Positions 42,340 through 42,971 of a DNA stretch of 42,971 nucleotides are shown here, one piece after another. A program made the translations under genes and the position numbers. The stretch is from positions 1 through 42,971 of the IMG/VR virus record IMGVR_UViG_3300025862_000008. One strand, 5' to 3'. Under the pieces are notes generated by a model. The model was not told the origin of the DNA, did not search any database, and worked only from the letters and a program-made list of their open reading frames with translations. Position 1 is the stretch's first letter; each line of letters opens with the position of its first letter. The DNA is from a virus (lineage: Duplodnaviria; Caudoviricetes).

Positions 42340-42904
42340 ATGTGCCAAGAGGCCGATCCTCCCACACCCCGCTGACCCAAACCTTGCGCTTGTCGAGCTG
42401 GCCAACGGCCGAGGCTTCGCGACCATCGACGCCAAGCACGCAGATTTGGCGGTGTACAAGTGGCAAACAAAGAAGGGCAGGGGCGGCAAGACCACCTACG
42501 CTCGGCGGACCTTCCGCAAGTCCGACGGCAAGCAAGGGGGCGTCTACCTCCACCAGGAGATAGCTCGACGAATGGGGATCGTCGGAAACCCAGACCACAT
42601 AGACCGGGATGGCCTAAACTGTTGCGAGAGGAATCTGCGCCCGGACCCCAACGGCCGGAACATGGCCAATCGAGAAGGGTGGGGAAAAAGCGGCTACAAG
42701 GGTGTCCACTGGTACAAACTCTACGCCAAGTGGCTGGGCAATATTACGATCAACCGGAAGACACGCCACCTGGGCTATTTCACCGACCCAATCGAGGCCG
42801 CCTTAGTCTACGACACGGCCGCCCTGGAGGCCTTCGGCGAGTTCGCGGTCCCCAACTTCCCCCGAAGCTGCCCTGGGGAGCCGCCTTACGGGTCAGCATC
42901 CTGA
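42340..42904 (+). CDS. HNH-AP2 endonuclease, start codon out of frame by one base
   Basis: DHIDRDGLN..NLRPDPNGRN, SGYKGVHW...HLGYF; homology to 6313-6855 continues upstream of 42446 (VELANGRGFATIDAKHADL). Confidence 0.85.
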
Positions 42905-42971
42905 CGGGTCTGTTTTAAAACCGGCGCAGAAAAAAATTCAGCCAGCCATCCCCAAAAACATCGACCCCCCC

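Noticed and set aside
42905-42971. A- and C-run-rich end as a genome terminus or packaging site
   Set aside because: Too little sequence; cannot be separated from an arbitrary window edge
1-42971. tRNA or rRNA genes
   Set aside because: No cloverleaf with T-loop and D-loop consensus found in the intergenic gaps by eye; tRNAscan-SE or ARAGORN would settle it

Overview
GC-rich segment of a large, probably temperate, contractile-tailed dsDNA phage. The left part (1-5.9 kb, + strand) holds small accessory genes, including a CYTH enzyme, a 2OG-Fe(II) oxygenase and a dUTPase. The middle (5.97-28.4 kb, - strand) is a tail/baseplate/lysis module: gp25/LysM fusion, a 2249-aa baseplate J-like and a 1079-aa wedge-like protein (each with a Kelch propeller), an Ig-repeat protein, fibre-like proteins and a CHAP hydrolase. 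Then come a tyrosine integrase (-) and a divergent 13-kb + strand run of about 30 small genes (excisionase-like HTH, peptidases, HNH, YkgJ-like, BCS1-like AAA ATPase, a dual-frame C5 methyltransferase, HNH-AP2). The most striking signal is non-coding: three dispersed, transcription-oriented motif families. Motif A, CGTTCGCTATAG, occurs 23 times at gene junctions, and 19 copies lie 6-9 nt before a start codon, generally with no recognisable Shine-Dalgarno. Motif L, CAATCAT, occurs 9 times in front of the structural/lysis units. Motif B, the 28-nt GTAACAGCTTCACGCCCTTGAATGGGAC, occurs 8 times and twice begins exactly 8 nt after motif A. Together these suggest an undescribed leaderless-mRNA promoter code and possibly a gene-cassette shuffling system. 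All counts are by eye. Several single-base frameshifts are probably assembly errors. No tRNA, rRNA or true CRISPR array was seen.
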